Translations under genes and position numbers: made by a program
In this document: positions 17,727 through 28,311 of the stretch, in pieces
Layout of the letters: the number at the start of each line of letters is the position of its first letter
How positions within the stretch are numbered: position 1 is the first letter of the stretch
Notes under the pieces: model-generated
The model's input: the letters and a program-made list of their open reading frames with translations, nothing else
Told to the model about the DNA's origin: nothing
Database searches by the model: none
Virus record (IMG/VR): IMGVR_UViG_3300042446_001683
Source of the DNA: a virus
Length of the DNA: 64,000 nt
Direction: 5' to 3' (one strand)

Positions 17727-18920
17727 ATGGCGAATTTACAAGAAGACCTATCAAGAATAGGCAAACAATTAATGTTTAGTGAACCATTCTACGGTATATT
17801 CATGTCAACTCTTAATAAAGTTGTAAGAAAGGATTTACCTACTGCTGGAGTTTCTAAAAATAACATTAATTATCAACTAGCTATCAATGAGGAATTTTGG
17901 AACTCATTAGATAATGACAAAAAGAAGATAGGTCTATTAAAACATGAGCTACTTCATATATGTTTTAACCACTTAGAAGATAGAGAGTGGTTTCCTAATC
18001 ATGAATTACATAATATAGCTGCGGATTTAGAAATTAATCAATATCTAACACCAGAGTATTATCCAACAGATGATATTATATTATTATCGTCATTTCCCGA
18101 ATTAAATCTACCTGAGAAAGCTGGTACTAAAGTGTATTATGGATTGTTACAACAAGCATTAGATAAAGGTACAAGTCCATCATTACAAGCATTAATGGAT
18201 AGTTTAACAGGAATGGATGGTGGTTTACACCCAACATGGAAAGAATTTGATGGTATGGGTGAAGCTGATGCCAAATTAGCTAAAGCGCAAATTGAACATC
18301 AAATTAAAGAAATTGTTAATTCACAAAATAATCAAGGTAGAGGATTCATACCTGATGAATTACAAAGTTGGATTGATAATATGTTTGAAGAAACAGAATC
18401 TTCATATGATTGGAAGTCATATTTTAGACGATTCTGTGGTACATCTTCAAAAACATATACTAAAAAAACAAGACGTAAACTAAATAAACGTTTCCAAGAA
18501 AACCCAGCATTGAAAATCAAAACTAAAAAGAAAATATTAGTAGGAGTTGACACATCAGGTTCAGTTGGTGAAAAAGATTTAATTGAGTTCTTTAATGAAA
18601 TTAATCACATGTATAAAACTGGTGTATCAATTACTGTAGCTGAAGGTGATGCTGATATTCATAATGTATATGAGTATAAAGGAGATGTGCCTGACAAAAT
18701 AACAGGTAGAGGTGGTACTGATATGAATCCATTTATTACATATTTTAATAAGCATAGGGAGTTTAACAGCTTAATCATATTAACTGATGGCTATATAGGC
18801 GAAAATGAAGTTAAGACATTTAAACCAATGATGATGGTTATATGTTCAAATGGTGATGATATAGAAACAGTAAAAGGAAATGGATGGGGCCACACAATCA
18901 AGATAAGTTTGGCTTCTTAA
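17727..18920 (+). CDS. HExxH metallopeptidase-like + VWA domain protein (DUF2201-like)
   Basis: LKHELLH, NIAADLEIN, VDTSGS MIDAS, GRGGTD, LTDG. Confidence 0.85.
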   Translation: MANLQEDLSRIGKQLMFSEPFYGIFMSTLNKVVRKDLPTAGVSKNNINYQLAINEEFWNSLDNDKKKIGLLKHELLHICFNHLEDREWFPNHELHNIAADLEINQYLTPEYYPTDDIILLSSFPELNLPEKAGTKVYYGLLQQALDKGTSPSLQALMDSLTGMDGGLHPTWKEFDGMGEADAKLAKAQIEHQIKEIVNSQNNQGRGFIPDELQSWIDNMFEETESSYDWKSYFRRFCGTSSKTYTKKTRRKLNKRFQENPALKIKTKKKILVGVDTSGSVGEKDLIEFFNEINHMYKTGVSITVAEGDADIHNVYEYKGDVPDKITGRGGTDMNPFITYFNKHREFNSLIILTDGYIGENEVKTFKPMMMVICSNGDDIETVKGNGWGHTIKISLAS

Positions 18921-18937
18921 AATACAAATGTTATATT
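18908..18937 (+). promoter_or_regulatory. Class A promoter TTTGGC-N18-TATATT
   Basis: Recurrent motif. Confidence 0.65.
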
Positions 18938-18958
18938 TAATTAAAATAAATAAAGGTT

Positions 18959-20152
18959 ATGGCAAAACAAAAAACAAAACACGCTGAAGTGTCTCTAAAC
19001 ATTAAAGAGGCAAAACAATTCTTAAAACACATCATAAATAACAATCGTTATTTACAATCGAATGGTAAGTTACCTGTAGCCGTTGAGGTAGTTGGTGACT
19101 CTGGTATTGGTAAAACATCAACAATTTTACAATTAGCCAAAGAAACAGATCTAAACTTTGTTAAGTTGAACTTAGCTCAAATTGAGGAGCTAGGTGACTT
19201 AGTAGGTTTTCCAATCCGCCAATTTGAAGTATGTAAAACTGATAATGACTGTTTATGGATTGACGAACATGCAGTAGAAGAGTATACTAAACAAGGTTAC
19301 AAATTTACAGGTCTAAATCGTATGAGTTACTGTCCACCTGAATGGATTAGTGGCAAAACTAATGGAGGTATCTTATTATTAGATGACTGGAACCGCGCTG
19401 ATGTTAGGTTTATTCAAGCTGTTATGGAGTTAATTGATAGACAACAGTATATTAGTTGGACATTACCTAAAGATTGGCATATTATATTAACAAGTAACCC
19501 GGATAATGGAGACTATTTAGTTAATAGTATTGATAGTGCTCAAAAAACACGATTCATCTCAGTTAATCTTAAATTTGATATTAATTGTTGGAGTGAGTGG
19601 GCTGAAGATGCTACAATAGATAGTAGATGTATTAACTTCTTACTTAAACATCCAGAATTGGTATCAACTAATACTAACTCAAGAAGTATTACAACATTCT
19701 TTAATTCAATCTCATCATTAAATTCATTTGATAGTGAGTTAGGTTTAATTCAAATGATTGGTGAGGGTAGTGTTGGGCCTGAGTTCACAACTATGTTCAC
19801 AATGTTTATTAATAATAAATTAGATAAAATCATCTCACCAGAAACTATTATGACTCATGAAAGTGAGGAGTATGTTTTAAATACTTTAAAAGGTATTATT
19901 GGTAAGGGTGATAAATATAGAGCAGATTTAGCATCAATTTTATCAACTCGTATTGTTAACTTTAGCTCATATTATGCTAAGAATAATAAAGTTGAAAAAC
20001 CATATATTGATCGTTTAGCGTTTTTAATGAATGAAGAGTTGTTTGCTATGGATTTAAAATATAAAATTGTAAAAACAACTTACAATAACAACCCATCAGC
20101 TTTTAAATCATTAATGTTAAATAAAACTTTAATTCAATTTTTAACTAAGTAA
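18959..20152 (+). CDS. MoxR-like AAA+ ATPase
   Basis: GDSGIGKT Walker A, LLLDDWNRA Walker B, LTSNP, DSAQKTRF; adjacent to the VWA gene. Confidence 0.85.
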   Translation: MAKQKTKHAEVSLNIKEAKQFLKHIINNNRYLQSNGKLPVAVEVVGDSGIGKTSTILQLAKETDLNFVKLNLAQIEELGDLVGFPIRQFEVCKTDNDCLWIDEHAVEEYTKQGYKFTGLNRMSYCPPEWISGKTNGGILLLDDWNRADVRFIQAVMELIDRQQYISWTLPKDWHIILTSNPDNGDYLVNSIDSAQKTRFISVNLKFDINCWSEWAEDATIDSRCINFLLKHPELVSTNTNSRSITTFFNSISSLNSFDSELGLIQMIGEGSVGPEFTTMFTMFINNKLDKIISPETIMTHESEEYVLNTLKGIIGKGDKYRADLASILSTRIVNFSSYYAKNNKVEKPYIDRLAFLMNEELFAMDLKYKIVKTTYNNNPSAFKSLMLNKTLIQFLTK

Positions 20153-20154
20153 TT

Positions 20155-21264
20155 ATGAAAAATCAAAATATAGGACATTTAACAACTGTTAATTCTGGTC
20201 ACCCTCACCGCATCGAAATATTTAATGTAGGTTACAATTTAATAGGAGGTATTATACCTGAAGATTATCAAACTAAAATTAAAAATTTCTTAAATGAAAT
20301 AAAAGATAATAAATTAACTGATGACAGTGCAGTATATATTACTCCATTATCTGAGTTACCTTCATATAAACTTAAAAATTATATTGAAGAAAATAAGTTA
20401 AATATAACTACTGCTCGTAAACTTGAGAAATTAGATACTCTAATTATTAATAAAGAATTTATTGAAAATCATTACCATAATATTACAGTATGGGATAGTC
20501 TTACAAGAACATATTTAACTAATCATATAACTGACTATTTAGTATTTCCAATAAATGTTTTAATAGAAGATCCTAAATTTAAAAAACATATCAATCCAAT
20601 GAAAAATAAATGGAATGATATAACTATAAAAGGAAAAAAACATATTACTCATTATTGTGTATCAATGAATGAATATAATAATATATGTTCTAAAATTCCT
20701 GCCTTCCAAACTATTAAAGATAAAGCTACAATACATAGAGGAATTAGACTTGAAGGATCACACGGTTCTAAAAAAGCATTTGATAGTTTAGAGTTTTATA
20801 TTAATCTATTAGATAATGTTAAAAAACATAATTTAAAAGTTGTATTTGATTCAAATGTAAATGAAGATATTAATAAAGGATTAGTTATTGATTTTGATAT
20901 ATTCCAAAATTTATATGGAATGTTAAAAAGTACTGATACTGGTAATTGGGAGGTAGCAAAAGAAATTATTGCTAACTGTGAGTTTGAAGCATCAAAATCT
21001 TATATTATAGCTTTATATAATATGTTTATGGATTTGCGTAAAACAAGTCCTAATAAAAATTATAATTTAGTTAAAAAAGTATTAGATACTAAAAAATTAG
21101 GCATAAGAATACAATATAGAGGATATGTTCCGGCATTTGAATCATTGTTAGCACATTTTAGTGATAAATGTCCTGAGTTGATCCCACAATTAATGCCTTG
21201 TTTAATTTATCGTATAAACGACTTAGCTAAAAAAGAAGTAATTAAAGAGATAACACTTGCCTAA
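20155..21264 (+). CDS. Hypothetical protein
   Basis: 369-aa ORF coupled to the AAA gene. Confidence 0.6.
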   Translation: MKNQNIGHLTTVNSGHPHRIEIFNVGYNLIGGIIPEDYQTKIKNFLNEIKDNKLTDDSAVYITPLSELPSYKLKNYIEENKLNITTARKLEKLDTLIINKEFIENHYHNITVWDSLTRTYLTNHITDYLVFPINVLIEDPKFKKHINPMKNKWNDITIKGKKHITHYCVSMNEYNNICSKIPAFQTIKDKATIHRGIRLEGSHGSKKAFDSLEFYINLLDNVKKHNLKVVFDSNVNEDINKGLVIDFDIFQNLYGMLKSTDTGNWEVAKEIIANCEFEASKSYIIALYNMFMDLRKTSPNKNYNLVKKVLDTKKLGIRIQYRGYVPAFESLLAHFSDKCPELIPQLMPCLIYRINDLAKKEVIKEITLA

Positions 21265-21286
21265 TATTTATACGTAAACAATATTA

Positions 21287-21769
21287 ATGGCTAAAGTAGT
21301 ACTTTTAAGTTGTACCAAATCAAAGACTAAACATGCAGCTCCAGCACAGGAGCTGTATTCTGCTTCTCCAATGTTCCAAAAAACATTAGAATATGGTAAA
21401 TCACTCAAACCAGATAAAATGTATATCTTATCTGCTAAACATCATTTAGTTCCTTTAACTAAGAAATTAGAACCTTACGATAAAACTCTTAAGGAAATGC
21501 CTAAAGATGAGAAAGAAAAATGGGGTGAAGAAACAATTAAACAGATGAAGTCAGCAGGTATTAATCCTGAAAAAGATCAATTTGTATTCTTAACAGGAAG
21601 CGAGTACATGAAACCATTAGCCAAATACATCCCAGATGGCAATACAGAAAAACCAATGGAAGGTAAACGTTTTGGAGAGCGTTTAAAGTGGTTAAACTCA
21701 CAAGTACAAAAATTAACTGAAGCATTTAAACGTTTAAAAAATCTTATATATGAAAGTCTCAAAAAATAA
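21287..21769 (+). CDS. DUF6884/YaaA-like protein
   Basis: LLSCTKSK..APAQELYS.S.MF..ILSAKH.L..YD.TL pattern. Confidence 0.7.
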   Translation: MAKVVLLSCTKSKTKHAAPAQELYSASPMFQKTLEYGKSLKPDKMYILSAKHHLVPLTKKLEPYDKTLKEMPKDEKEKWGEETIKQMKSAGINPEKDQFVFLTGSEYMKPLAKYIPDGNTEKPMEGKRFGERLKWLNSQVQKLTEAFKRLKNLIYESLKK

Positions 21770-21989
21770 ATTAAACGAATATATTCAATTATATTTAAAC
21801 GACTTAGAAGACTATGGCGACAGTCAAACTGATTTATTAATAGCTGAATCAACATTAAATACATTCAAGTTATTATTAGTTGAATCTAATCAAGATGTTC
21901 CAACTATATTACGTGAAGCTATAACAAAGTCAGAACATGAACAGCGTGAAGTGTTTGAAGATTTCTTAGATTATCTAGAAAATATATAA
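21750..21989 (+). CDS. Small acidic hypothetical protein
   Basis: 79-aa ORF. Confidence 0.5.
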   Translation: MKVSKNKLNEYIQLYLNDLEDYGDSQTDLLIAESTLNTFKLLLVESNQDVPTILREAITKSEHEQREVFEDFLDYLENI

Positions 21990-21995
21990 CACTTG

Positions 21996-22025
21996 TTTGG
22001 CTATTAGGGATAAAGATGTTATATT
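21996..22025 (+). promoter_or_regulatory. Class A promoter TTTGGC-N18-TATATT
   Basis: Recurrent motif. Confidence 0.65.
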
Positions 22026-22044
22026 TAATAAATAAATTAATAAC

Positions 22045-22299
22045 ATGAAAGAAGTAAAACCATTAGTTGTAGATGAAACATTAAAAACAAAAAAATTCAC
22101 ATCACCTGACGGCACAGTACGTCATATTAAAGATGGTAAGTTACATAACTGGGAAGGCCCAGCATTAATTACACCAGAAGGTAAAGAAGAATATTATATT
22201 AATGGTGTTCAACATACTAAGGACAGTCATAAAAAAGCTAGAAAAGATGGAGTTGGATTACCATGGTATAAATCAGGTGTAGCTAAACAAAGATTCTAA
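22045..22299 (+). CDS. Small MORN-variant-like repeat protein
   Basis: GKLHNWEGPALI..G.EEYYING. Confidence 0.6.
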   Translation: MKEVKPLVVDETLKTKKFTSPDGTVRHIKDGKLHNWEGPALITPEGKEEYYINGVQHTKDSHKKARKDGVGLPWYKSGVAKQRF

Positions 22300-22854
22300 A
22301 TGAAAATAGGTTTTATTCTTCCTGGACGAGAGTTTTCAGAAAAATTTATAAACAGTTGGACAAGTACATTAAAATCAATCCCTAAAGAATGGGATTGGTT
22401 TCTAGTTACTGGGTATGTTCCAAATGTATTCTATAATAGACAAGCATTACTTGATAGAGCTAAAATGTTAAGACCAACTCACTATATGTGGATTGATAGT
22501 GATCAAGTATTTAATTTTCAAATGCTTGAAAGACTAATAAATCATAACTTACCTATAGTCTCAGGGATATATAAGAAAACACCAGATATATTTGCTTGCT
22601 GTGGGCTAGATGGTCGAACATTAACTGTTAATGATATTGAAGGACAAACGGATTTAATTGAGGTTAAAGCAAATGGAATGGGTTTTATGTTAGTTAAACG
22701 TGAAGTACTTGATTATATAGTTGATCCATTTGAACCTATTGATCCTGATCAATGGGAAGATTTTACTTTTCAAGAAAAAGCTAGGCAAAGAGGATTTAAG
22801 TCATATATTGATCCTACAATTATAGTAGGACATGAAAAAAAGATAGTATTATGA
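22300..22854 (+). CDS. GT-A fold glycosyltransferase
   Basis: WIDSD DxD motif, IVSGIY, GMGFMLVKREV, ED..F, VGHEK. Confidence 0.8.
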   Translation: MKIGFILPGREFSEKFINSWTSTLKSIPKEWDWFLVTGYVPNVFYNRQALLDRAKMLRPTHYMWIDSDQVFNFQMLERLINHNLPIVSGIYKKTPDIFACCGLDGRTLTVNDIEGQTDLIEVKANGMGFMLVKREVLDYIVDPFEPIDPDQWEDFTFQEKARQRGFKSYIDPTIIVGHEKKIVL

Positions 22855-23381
22855 AAATAGGATTTTGTGGAACAATGAGTGTAGGTAAATCTACATTAGT
22901 AAATGCATTAAAGGAATTACCTGAATTTAAAGATTATTATTTTGCTACTGAGCGTAGTAAATATTTACGTGATTTAGGTATTCCATTAAACACTGACAGT
23001 ACATTAAAAGGACAAACAATATTCTTAGCTGAACGCTGTTCTGAGTTAATGAGAGAAAATGTTATCACTGATAGAACAATTATTGATGTAATGTCATTTG
23101 CTAAATGTGCTCAATCAATTAATAGTGATGATAAAATAGCATTTACTAAATATGCTGCCCCATTAATTTGGGAGTATGATTATATATTCTATGTATCACC
23201 AGTTGGAGTTGATATAGAAGATAATGGGGTTAGAGAAACAGATGCTGGTTATCGTAAGTTAATTGACATAACTATTAAAGGTACTATAAGTGAGAATTTA
23301 AATCAAATTAAAAACTTAGCATTCATATCAGGTACTACTGAAGAAAGAATTAAACAAGTTAAATCTTGTCTAGGTTTTTGA
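22851..23381 (+). CDS. NadR/AAA_28-like P-loop nucleotide kinase
   Basis: GTMSVGKSTL, ITDRTIID, EDNGVRE. Confidence 0.75.
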   Translation: MKIGFCGTMSVGKSTLVNALKELPEFKDYYFATERSKYLRDLGIPLNTDSTLKGQTIFLAERCSELMRENVITDRTIIDVMSFAKCAQSINSDDKIAFTKYAAPLIWEYDYIFYVSPVGVDIEDNGVRETDAGYRKLIDITIKGTISENLNQIKNLAFISGTTEERIKQVKSCLGF

Positions 23382-23406
23382 TATTTATACGCAAAAACTA
23401 AACACA

Positions 23407-23913
23407 ATGAAATTATCTGAATTAAAAAAACATATTGAAGAAAATATTGTTGAAATCTTAGGTGAAGTAGATGCTGATAGAACAAGAGGTACTGTTGTTG
23501 TAGCTAAAAATACACCTCCAACAGAACTTAAAAAGCTAACAGCACAAGGAGTTGATGTGGAATTAAAATCAATGGAAGAAGCTAAAGATGAAGATGAAGA
23601 AGTAGAAGATACTTATGGTAAAGAAGATGAAGATGATAAAAAAGACGCTAAAATAGCTAACGCTGAACCAACAAAAGCTGAACTTAAGAAATTAGATAAA
23701 GAGTTTAGTTCAACTAAATTAGCTAAATCATTATCACCTGCTGATAAAGAAAGATTAGACAAGCTAGAGTCAGGTATTAAGAAAAAATTAGCTAACCCAA
23801 CTAAAGAAAATATTGAAATTGTTAGACAACTTATCAAGAAGCCAGAAATTAAAAAGTTGTTTAAAGATGGAGGTAAAGATCTTAAAGCATTAATATCTGA
23901 CGTTATCAGATAA
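23407..23913 (+). CDS. Hypothetical protein with leader MKLSELKKHIEE
   Basis: ATATTTAT at 23381; acidic/basic low-complexity ORF upstream of the terminase. Confidence 0.55.
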   Translation: MKLSELKKHIEENIVEILGEVDADRTRGTVVVAKNTPPTELKKLTAQGVDVELKSMEEAKDEDEEVEDTYGKEDEDDKKDAKIANAEPTKAELKKLDKEFSSTKLAKSLSPADKERLDKLESGIKKKLANPTKENIEIVRQLIKKPEIKKLFKDGGKDLKALISDVIR

Positions 23914-23937
23914 TACCTCCCTTAATAAGGGTTACTT

Positions 23938-25509
23938 ATGAGTCAAGACATAAAACAAATAATTCGTGAAGAATACCTGAAGTGCGCCTCTAATCCGGCG
24001 CACTTTATGCGTAAATACTGCTATATTCAACACCCACAACGTGGTAGAGTATTATTTAACCTATACCCATTTCAAGATAAAGTACTTAACTTATGGAAAG
24101 ATAATCCATACGATATAATACTTAAATCAAGACAATTAGGTATATCTACTCTAGTAGCAGGTTACTCTTTATGGTTAATGTTATTCCATAAGGATAAAAA
24201 TATCTTATGTATAGCAACTAAACAAGAAACAGCTAAAAACATGGTGACGAAAGTTAAATTCATGTTTGAAAACTTACCTTCTTGGTTAAAAATAACAGCT
24301 GAGGAAAATAATAAATTAACATTACGACTAAGTAATGGCTCCCAGGTTAAAGCAGTATCAGCAGCTGGTGATGCAGGTCGATCTGAAGCAGTTTCTTTGC
24401 TGATTATAGATGAGGCCGCGTTTATTGATGGTATTGGTGAGATTTGGGCATCTGCTCAACAAACCTTAGCAACAGGTGGTGGAGCAATTGTGTTATCTAC
24501 CCCATATGGTACTGGTAATTGGTTCCATCAAACATGGGTTAAAGCAGAAGCAGGTGAAAACCAATTTTTACCTATTAAATTACCATGGTATGTTCATCCT
24601 GAGCGAGATGAGAATTGGAGGAAACGACAAGATGAATTATTAGGTGATCCTAGAATGGCGGCTCAAGAATGTGACTGTGATTTTAGTACATCTGGTGATG
24701 TAGTATTTTATCCTGAGTATATAGACTTTATTGCTCAAACTTATATTAAGGATCCCTTGGAGAGGCGCGGAGTCGATCATAACTTATGGATATGGGAACC
24801 AGCAGATTATAGTCGTAGTTATATAGTTGTAGCAGACGTTGCTCGAGGAGATGGAAAAGATTTCTCAGCATTTCATATTATAGATGTTGAAACAAATACT
24901 CAAGTAGGTGAATATAAAGGACAATTATCACCTAGAGAATTTGGTTATTTGTTAGTAGCAATAGCCACAGAGTATAATGAAGCACTATTAGTTGTTGAAA
25001 ATGCTAATATAGGATGGTCAACAATTGAAGCAGTTCAAGAAAGAGGATATAGAAATTTATACCATTCTCCAAAAACTGAAGCTACAAACGCTGATTCTTA
25101 TTTAGATAAGTATGATGATCCATCAAAAATGACACCTGGATTTACAATGTCTTTAAAAACAAGACCACTTGTAATTAGTAAATTTAGAGAGTATATTGGA
25201 GATAAAAGTGTTATCATACAATCTAAACGATTATTAGAAGAAATGAAAGTGTTTATTTGGAGAAACGGCAGACCAGAAGCACAATCAGGATACAATGATG
25301 ATTTAGTTATGAGTTTTGGAACAGCAATGTACATAAGAGACACAGCTCTTAAATTTAAAACACAAGGAATGGATTTAACTCGTGCAATGCTTAGTAACAT
25401 TACTGTAGTTAAAACAAACCAACAAGGTATTTACGGAACAACATTCAACAACAATCCATACAAAATGGATTTTGGACATGGATCTGAAGACATTAGTTGG
25501 TTATTATAA
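23938..25509 (+). CDS. terL: Terminase large subunit (T4 gp17-like)
   Basis: KSRQLGIST Walker A, IIDEAAF Walker B, STPYG, ADVARG nuclease, NDDLVMS. Confidence 0.95.
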   Translation: MSQDIKQIIREEYLKCASNPAHFMRKYCYIQHPQRGRVLFNLYPFQDKVLNLWKDNPYDIILKSRQLGISTLVAGYSLWLMLFHKDKNILCIATKQETAKNMVTKVKFMFENLPSWLKITAEENNKLTLRLSNGSQVKAVSAAGDAGRSEAVSLLIIDEAAFIDGIGEIWASAQQTLATGGGAIVLSTPYGTGNWFHQTWVKAEAGENQFLPIKLPWYVHPERDENWRKRQDELLGDPRMAAQECDCDFSTSGDVVFYPEYIDFIAQTYIKDPLERRGVDHNLWIWEPADYSRSYIVVADVARGDGKDFSAFHIIDVETNTQVGEYKGQLSPREFGYLLVAIATEYNEALLVVENANIGWSTIEAVQERGYRNLYHSPKTEATNADSYLDKYDDPSKMTPGFTMSLKTRPLVISKFREYIGDKSVIIQSKRLLEEMKVFIWRNGRPEAQSGYNDDLVMSFGTAMYIRDTALKFKTQGMDLTRAMLSNITVVKTNQQGIYGTTFNNNPYKMDFGHGSEDISWLL

Positions 25510-25535
25510 TATTTATATACATAATTTAATATAAA

Positions 25536-27419
25536 ATGGCAGATACAAGTGTATTTACACGACTAAGACGATTATTCTCTACTGATGTTATCATCAGAAA
25601 TGCTGGGGGTAACGAACTTAAAGTAATGGATGTTAACAGTATTCAAGCTACTGGAGAATATCAAACTAACTCACTAATAGACCGTTATAGTCGTATTTAC
25701 TCTAACAATAGTACATCACTTTATGGTGCTCAATTAAATCTTAATTGGAAATATCTACGTACTCAAATCTATTCTGATTATGATGCAATGGATACTGACG
25801 CTATTATCGCGTCTGCTTTGGATATAATCGCGGACGAATGTACCCTTAAGAATGATATGGGTGAAGTACTTCAAATTAAGAGTAGCGACGAAGATATACA
25901 AAAAATACTATATAATTTATTCTATGATGTATTAAACATTGAATTTAATTTATGGTCTTGGATTAGACAAATGTGTAAGTATGGTGATTTTTTCTTAAAA
26001 TTAGAAATAGCTGAAAAATTTGGTGTATATAATGTTATACCATATACCGCTTATCATATTGCTCGTGAAGAAAATTACGACCCTAAAAATCCAGCTGAAG
26101 TAAGATTTGCATTTAGCGCTGATGGATTCTCAGGCGGAACAGGATTTTATGGAGTAACAGGACAAGGTAATTATAGTTCAAATAAACAGGACAATAAGAT
26201 ATACTTTGACAACTATGAAATGGCTCACTTCAGATTAATTACTGATGTAAACTATTTACCTTATGGTCGTTCTTATTTAGAACCAGCTCGTAAGTTATTT
26301 AAACAATACATTTTGATGGAAGATGCAATGTTAATCCATCGTATTTGTCGCGCCCCAGAAAAACGTATTTTTTATATTAATGTTGGTTCTATTCCTCCAA
26401 ATGAAGTAGAAAACTTCATGCAGAAGACTATCAACACAATGAAGAAAACTCCATTAGTTGATCCTCAAACAGGTGAATATAATTTAAAGTATAACCAACA
26501 AAATATGTTGGAAGACTTTTACATACCAGTTAGAGGTAATGATTCATCTACTAAGATTGAACCTACTAAAGGTATGGATTATAATGGTATTGAAGACGTA
26601 GCGTACCTAAGAGACAAGTTATTTGCTGCTTTAAAAGTACCTAAAGCATTTATGGGTTATGAAAAAGACCTAACCGGTAAAGCAACATTAGCAGCAGAAG
26701 ATATTCGTTTCGCTCGTACAATTGATCGCATTCAACGTATTATATTATCTGAGTTAAATAAAATAGCATTAGTTCACTTATATACTCAAGGGTATAGAAA
26801 CGAAGGTTTAACAAACTTTGAATTAGATTTAACTACTCCTTCTATCATTTATGATCAAGAAAGAATAGCATTAATGAAAGAAAAAGTAGATTTAGCTCGT
26901 AATATTATTGAAACTAAGATATTACCTACTGATTGGATTTATGATAATGTATTCCACTTAAGTCAAGATCAATTTGATGAATATCGTGATTTAATTGCTG
27001 AGGATCAAAAACGTATCTTTAGAATGAAACAAATTGAAAACGAAGGCAATGACCCATTAGAATCAGGTAAATCATATGGTACACCTCATGATTTAGCCGC
27101 GTTATATGGTTCAGGTCGTTACAATAGTGGGGTACCTGATGGATATGGTGATGATCTTACTTTAGGTCGCCCTAAAGAAAAAGCATCTACTATTGGTACT
27201 CAAGACAATTACTTAGGAGTTGATAGATTAGGTAGTAAAGGTATGAAGAAAGGTGATGATACTGGTGAAGATAAATCATTAAGAAATAATTTTAAAGGTG
27301 GATCACCATTAGCATTAGAAAATCTCCAAAAGAAAACACTACTTGAATCAATGGATAAAAAACTTGTATTTAAAAAAGACGATTCTTCGTTATTAGATGA
27401 ATCTCAAATACGAGAATAA
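25536..27419 (+). CDS. gp20: Portal protein (T4 gp20-like)
   Basis: MEDAMLIHRICRAPEKRIFYI, EDFYIP.RG, LFAALKVP, EDIRFARTI. Confidence 0.95.
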   Translation: MADTSVFTRLRRLFSTDVIIRNAGGNELKVMDVNSIQATGEYQTNSLIDRYSRIYSNNSTSLYGAQLNLNWKYLRTQIYSDYDAMDTDAIIASALDIIADECTLKNDMGEVLQIKSSDEDIQKILYNLFYDVLNIEFNLWSWIRQMCKYGDFFLKLEIAEKFGVYNVIPYTAYHIAREENYDPKNPAEVRFAFSADGFSGGTGFYGVTGQGNYSSNKQDNKIYFDNYEMAHFRLITDVNYLPYGRSYLEPARKLFKQYILMEDAMLIHRICRAPEKRIFYINVGSIPPNEVENFMQKTINTMKKTPLVDPQTGEYNLKYNQQNMLEDFYIPVRGNDSSTKIEPTKGMDYNGIEDVAYLRDKLFAALKVPKAFMGYEKDLTGKATLAAEDIRFARTIDRIQRIILSELNKIALVHLYTQGYRNEGLTNFELDLTTPSIIYDQERIALMKEKVDLARNIIETKILPTDWIYDNVFHLSQDQFDEYRDLIAEDQKRIFRMKQIENEGNDPLESGKSYGTPHDLAALYGSGRYNSGVPDGYGDDLTLGRPKEKASTIGTQDNYLGVDRLGSKGMKKGDDTGEDKSLRNNFKGGSPLALENLQKKTLLESMDKKLVFKKDDSSLLDESQIRE

Positions 27420-27456
27420 CAACTTCATATATATTTATAGATAAATTATTGCTAAA

Positions 27457-28311
27457 GTGAATATAAAACACTCGAAGTACAAAAATACTGGAATCCTTTT
27501 TGAATTGTTAGTAAGACAAATCACAGCTGATACCTTATCTGGCAAGGAATCACCAGCAACAACAATTCTTAAGAAATACTTTACTAAAACTGAATTAGGT
27601 AAAGAATACAAGTTATACGAAAATTTCTTTAAGTATACTAACATTAGTGAAGCTAAAGCCAATATGGTTTTAAATACGCTTATTGAAAGTTCAAAACACT
27701 TAAATCGCTCAACTCTTAAGAGACAAAAGTATAATCTTATTAAGGAGATTAAAAATCATTATAATTTAGAGGATTTCTTTAAAATGAAATTACCTAATTA
27801 TAAAGCTCAAGCTTCATTATTTACTTTATTAGAAGTATATAATAGTGAAAACTTATCTAATCCAACTCAAATTATTGAGAATAAGACAGCACTTTTAGAA
27901 TACTTAACACAATCTACTATAGATAAAAAAGAAGTTAAAAACAGTATCTTAGAAGAATTTAAACATCAAGATAAAGATATTCGTATATTAACATATCGAG
28001 TATTACTTGAAAAGTTTAATGATAAGTATGCTGATTTAAATGAAAATCAAAAGAATACTTTAAAAGAATTTATTAACAGTATTGATAGTACTTCAAAATT
28101 AAAAGAATTCTACAATACTAAAATAAATGAAATTAAAAGTACATTAGGTACTTTAAATAAAAAAATTACTGATAAAGCTATTCAAATTAAAATAAATGAA
28201 GTTATAAACATTCTACCTAGTTTAACTAAGAATGAAAAAGTTAATGATGATCATTTAATTAATCTCTTACAATACTATGCGTTAGTAGAAGAGTTAGAAT
28301 CAGCAAAATGA
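27457..28311 (+). CDS. Head-module hypothetical protein (GTG start)
   Basis: IKHSKYKNTGILFELL N-terminus; lies between portal and protease. Confidence 0.6.
   Translation: MNIKHSKYKNTGILFELLVRQITADTLSGKESPATTILKKYFTKTELGKEYKLYENFFKYTNISEAKANMVLNTLIESSKHLNRSTLKRQKYNLIKEIKNHYNLEDFFKMKLPNYKAQASLFTLLEVYNSENLSNPTQIIENKTALLEYLTQSTIDKKEVKNSILEEFKHQDKDIRILTYRVLLEKFNDKYADLNENQKNTLKEFINSIDSTSKLKEFYNTKINEIKSTLGTLNKKITDKAIQIKINEVINILPSLTKNEKVNDDHLINLLQYYALVEELESAK

Noticed and set aside
1390-23381. Complete NAD+ reconstitution pathway from the nucleotidyltransferase plus NadR-like kinase
   Set aside because: No nicotinamide phosphoribosyltransferase or PRPP-synthetase-like gene in the window, and substrate specificity cannot be read from these motifs
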